64,000 nucleotides of DNA from contig CAWBMV010000015.1 of the NCBI GenBank assembly GCA_963789955.1, forward strand, positions 128,001-192,000. The letters are read 5' to 3'. This document shows positions 60,941 to 64,000 of this stretch, piece by piece. Below the pieces are notes generated by a model, which saw only the letters and a program-made list of their open reading frames with translations, was not told where the DNA came from and did not search any database. Every line of letters begins with the position of its first letter. Within the stretch, counting starts at the first letter, position 1. Source of the DNA: an uncultured Candidatus Rokubacteria bacterium (GTDB taxonomy: Bacteria; Methylomirabilota; Methylomirabilia; Rokubacteriales; CSP1-6). The position numbers and the translations under genes are program-made.

Positions 60941-62194
60941 ATGAAGATCAGCGCATTCCACTTGATGCCGCACCGGGAGCTCCCGGCCGACTTCGAGCAG
61001 CGCTACGAGTCCGTCTGGGTGACGCCGCCCTGGTGGGAGCTCGCCGACGCGCGCCGGGTCGGCCAGTACTACAACTGGACGCTCGACGAGCTCACGTACG
61101 CGGCGAAGTGTGGCTTCGACGGCGTGTGCACGAACGAGCACCACCAGAACGCGTACGGGTTCATGCCGAGCCCGAATCTGATGGGCAGCGTCCTCGCGCG
61201 GGCGACGAACGGCATGGATGTCGCCATCGTGCAGATGGGCGCGACCCTGCCGACGTCCAATCCGCCGCTGCGCGTCGCCGAAGAGTACGCGATGCTCGAC
61301 TGCATCAGCGGTGGACGGCTGGTCGCCGGGCTCCCGCTCGGCAGCCCGATGGACGTCAACCTCTGCTACGGCATCACGCCGATGGAGCACCGCGAGCGCT
61401 ATCGCGAAGCCGTCGCGCTGACGCTCAAGGCCTGGCAGGCGCGCGAGATCTTCTCGTGGAACGGGCGCTACTTCCAGCTGGCGACGGTGAATCTGTGGCC
61501 GCGCCCGATCCAGCAGCCGCATCCTCCCGTGTGGGTCCCGGGCTCGGGCAGCATCAGCACCTTCGACTTCGCCGTCGAGCACGACGTCTGCTACTGCTTC
61601 CTGAGCTACTCGGGCGCTCGGTCCGCGAAGACGATGATGGACGGCTACTGGCGCGTGGTGGCCGAGAAGGGCCGCGACGCCAATCCGTACCGCGCGGGCT
61701 TCTTGCAGCTGGTCGTCGTGGCCGAGAACGACGCGCGCGCCGAGGAGAAATACGCGCGGCACGTCGAGTACTTCTATCACAAGTGCCTGCACGTGCCCGC
61801 GATGTGGTTCTCGCCTCCGGGCAACCAGGACTACCGGAGCCTCGTCGCGACGATGAGCAATCCGGTGCGGCGGGCCGAGAATCCGAAGAACCTTCGCTAT
61901 CGTGACTTCGTCGAGAAGGGCTTCGTCATCGCCGGCAGCCCCGCCACCGTGCGCGATCGCCTGAAAGAGGAAGTGATCAAGAGCCTGCGCGTCGGGAACT
62001 TGATGGTGCTCCTCCAGATCGGCTCGATGCCGCACGAGCTGGCCCTCGAGAACATCGAGCTGTTCGGCCGCGAGGTGCTGCCGGGTCTTCGCGGCATCTG
62101 GGACGACGAGGGATGGGTGAATCACTGGTGGCCCGAGCGACTCCGGCAGCGCGCGGTGCCGATGCCGGCTGGTGTCGCGGCGGGCGGCACATGA
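60941..62194 (+). CDS. Luciferase-like (LLM class) flavin-dependent oxidoreductase
   Basis: NEHHQ, PLRVAEEYAMLDCISGGRL, WPRPIQQPHPPVW, LFGREVLP. Confidence 0.92.
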   Translation: MKISAFHLMPHRELPADFEQRYESVWVTPPWWELADARRVGQYYNWTLDELTYAAKCGFDGVCTNEHHQNAYGFMPSPNLMGSVLARATNGMDVAIVQMGATLPTSNPPLRVAEEYAMLDCISGGRLVAGLPLGSPMDVNLCYGITPMEHRERYREAVALTLKAWQAREIFSWNGRYFQLATVNLWPRPIQQPHPPVWVPGSGSISTFDFAVEHDVCYCFLSYSGARSAKTMMDGYWRVVAEKGRDANPYRAGFLQLVVVAENDARAEEKYARHVEYFYHKCLHVPAMWFSPPGNQDYRSLVATMSNPVRRAENPKNLRYRDFVEKGFVIAGSPATVRDRLKEEVIKSLRVGNLMVLLQIGSMPHELALENIELFGREVLPGLRGIWDDEGWVNHWWPERLRQRAVPMPAGVAAGGT

Positions 62195-63018
62195 GCGTCC
62201 GCGTCGAAGCGCCCGCCGCGACCGGGGCGGACGAGCGCATCATCACCGTCTGGCAGGGGCGGGTTCGCATGCGCGTCGTCTCGAAGGGACGCGGACCCGC
62301 GCTGGTCTTCTTCCACGGTCCGTGGGGGCTCACGTGGGATCCGTTTCTCGACCAGCTGGCCGAGAGCTTCACGGTCTACGCGCCCGACCATCCCGGGACG
62401 ACGCCCGAGGCGCACGACGACGTCTACCACCTCGACGGGCTCTGGGACCTCGTGCTCTGCTACGACGAGCTCCTGGAGACCTTGGGCATCCGCAACGCCG
62501 CGTTCGTCGGCCACTCCTTCGGCGGGATGGTCGCGTGTGAAGTGGCGGCGTCGTATCCCGATCGCGTTCGGCGCCTGGCGATGATCGCGCCGCTCGGCTT
62601 CTGGCGTGATCCTGACCGCATCGTGAACTGGATGATGCTCGAGCCCGCCGCGCTACGCGCTCACATCTTCCGCGATCCCGACGGCGACGCCGCGCGTCGC
62701 ATGTTTCCGCGGTCGGACGCGCAAGACGCGGCGGCAACCGCGGCGCGCGTGCGACTCATGTGGGCGATGGGCACGACCGGGAAATTCATCTGGCCCATTC
62801 CCGACAAGGGCCTGAAGAAACGGATTCACCGCGTGAAGGCGCCGACCTTGCTGGTCTGGGGTCGCGAGGATCGCCTGGTCCCGGCGGTCTACGCCGACGA
62901 GTTCACGCGCCGTATTCCGGGCGCTCGCGTCCAGATGATCGACAGCGCCGGTCACGCGCCGCATCTCGAGCAGACCACGCCCGTGGTTCGCGTCCTTCGG
63001 GATTTTCTCGCTCAGTAG
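62191..63018 (+). CDS. Alpha/beta fold hydrolase
   Basis: VFFHG, GHSFGG, WGREDRL, AGHAPHLE; ATGA overlap with the LLM gene. Confidence 0.92.
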   Translation: MSVRVEAPAATGADERIITVWQGRVRMRVVSKGRGPALVFFHGPWGLTWDPFLDQLAESFTVYAPDHPGTTPEAHDDVYHLDGLWDLVLCYDELLETLGIRNAAFVGHSFGGMVACEVAASYPDRVRRLAMIAPLGFWRDPDRIVNWMMLEPAALRAHIFRDPDGDAARRMFPRSDAQDAAATAARVRLMWAMGTTGKFIWPIPDKGLKKRIHRVKAPTLLVWGREDRLVPAVYADEFTRRIPGARVQMIDSAGHAPHLEQTTPVVRVLRDFLAQ

Positions 63019-63081
63019 CGGTGCGCGGGCTTGCGCCTGATCGAGGTCAGGCGCAGCGCCGGTCCTACGAAGCTCGCGCGC

Positions 63082-63840
63082 TCAGGAGGACGTCGCCTTC
63101 ACTTTCGAGCGGTATTGCTCCGGGACGGCGTCCAGCCGATCGGTCCAGTACACGACGCCCTGCGCATCGGTCCAGCGATAGAGCTGGCCCGCACGTGGCG
63201 GTACCGGGCCGCTCCCCGAGCTCGGACCCACGGGGGGCGCGGTCGGAGCGGCGGGCGGCGGCGACGTCGGCGGATTCGGGATCCACACCCACGTGTACGG
63301 CGTCGACACGCCGTCGCCACGAAGCTCGTAGCGGCCGGTCGGGAACTCCACGACGTTCGACGTCGGTGGCGCCTGCGGCGGGGCCGGCGCGACCGCGACC
63401 GTCCCACTCGGCTGCGTCCTGTAGCTCGCAGGCGCGTTGTAGCTCACCGGCGGATCGTAGTAGGCCGGCGGATAGTACGCCGGAGGCGGGTAGTAGTCCG
63501 AAGGGTAGTAGTACGGCGCCGCGTACACGATGGGCGCCGCTGCCACCACTCCCACCCCGAACGGGAAGAACGGGCGCAGGAACGGACGATGCACGAATCC
63601 CGGATGGTGCACGAATCCCGGACGATTGACGAAGCCCGGCGTCACGACGGCGCGTCCGCCGCCGACCACCGCGCGTCCACCACCGCCGACGACCGCACGT
63701 CCCCCGGCGCCGACGAACACGCGGCTGCCGCCGCTCACCGCGACGCCCCTGGACCGTTGGGCGAACGCAGCGTTCGGGACGACCATTAGACTGGTGGCAA
63801 GGGCCAGGACGGCTCCGGCGACGATCGGCCCCTTCTTCAC
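63082..63840 (-). CDS. Exported low-complexity Gly/Pro/Tyr-rich protein with C-terminal DUF4124-like domain
   Basis: GGAGG SD and GTG start; signal ending AFA; GGRAVV x3, PGFV x3, YYP repeats; LYRWTDAQGVVYWTD..VPEQYR. Confidence 0.7.
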   Translation of the reverse strand: MKKGPIVAGAVLALATSLMVVPNAAFAQRSRGVAVSGGSRVFVGAGGRAVVGGGGRAVVGGGRAVVTPGFVNRPGFVHHPGFVHRPFLRPFFPFGVGVVAAAPIVYAAPYYYPSDYYPPPAYYPPAYYDPPVSYNAPASYRTQPSGTVAVAPAPPQAPPTSNVVEFPTGRYELRGDGVSTPYTWVWIPNPPTSPPPAAPTAPPVGPSSGSGPVPPRAGQLYRWTDAQGVVYWTDRLDAVPEQYRSKVKATSS

Positions 63841-64000
63841 TGTCGTTCCTCCCACTTATATGGACGGACAGAGTGTGCTCGCGTGTACCCGGCAAGGTCA
63901 AGTGGCCCTGTGGTTCACAATGAATTGGGGGGCCAGGCTGGGCCGTCCAAGCACCTGAAGCAGAGGAAAGAAAGGGGGCCTTTCATGCGCTGCCGGACCG

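Noticed and set aside
63870..64000. Possible riboswitch and a gene start at ATG 63985 (MRCRT)
   Set aside because: No recognisable aptamer consensus, and only five codons are visible before the window ends

Overview
High-GC (about 70% by eye) bacterial chromosomal DNA, densely coding, about 47 genes. I found no rRNA, tRNA, CRISPR array, integrase or transposase. The gene content (many luciferase-like monooxygenases, ABC solute-binding proteins, a class III cyclase-TPR protein, a small 'DPPDPxW..DD' secreted peptide) suggests a diderm soil bacterium such as Candidatus Rokubacteria; this is inference only. About 17 genes are split by single-base indels, which looks like uncorrected long-read error, so they are annotated as whole genes. 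In order: 3' part of groEL; PBP1A, fatty acid desaturase and cyclic beta-1,2-glucan synthase; a Zn-ribbon microprotein missing from the ORF track; transporters and an RNB ribonuclease; a putative RAPP arrest leader peptide before an outer-membrane beta-barrel gene; a convergent LigC/PrimPol pair; a LysR-divergent chlorite-dismutase-like plus atypical P450 operon; archaeal-type topoisomerase VI (top6B-top6A); a sulfonate-type ABC transporter; aldehyde ferredoxin oxidoreductase; a 62-bp tandem palindromic repeat; hybrid kinase, nagZ and DUF1460 amidase; and an amidase-LLM-hydrolase operon. The best candidates for an undescribed system are the RAPP leader/OMP cassette (20.0-21.4 kb) and the Cld-like/Thr-less P450 operon (31.7-34.8 kb). 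All family calls come from motif recognition by eye; no searches were run.
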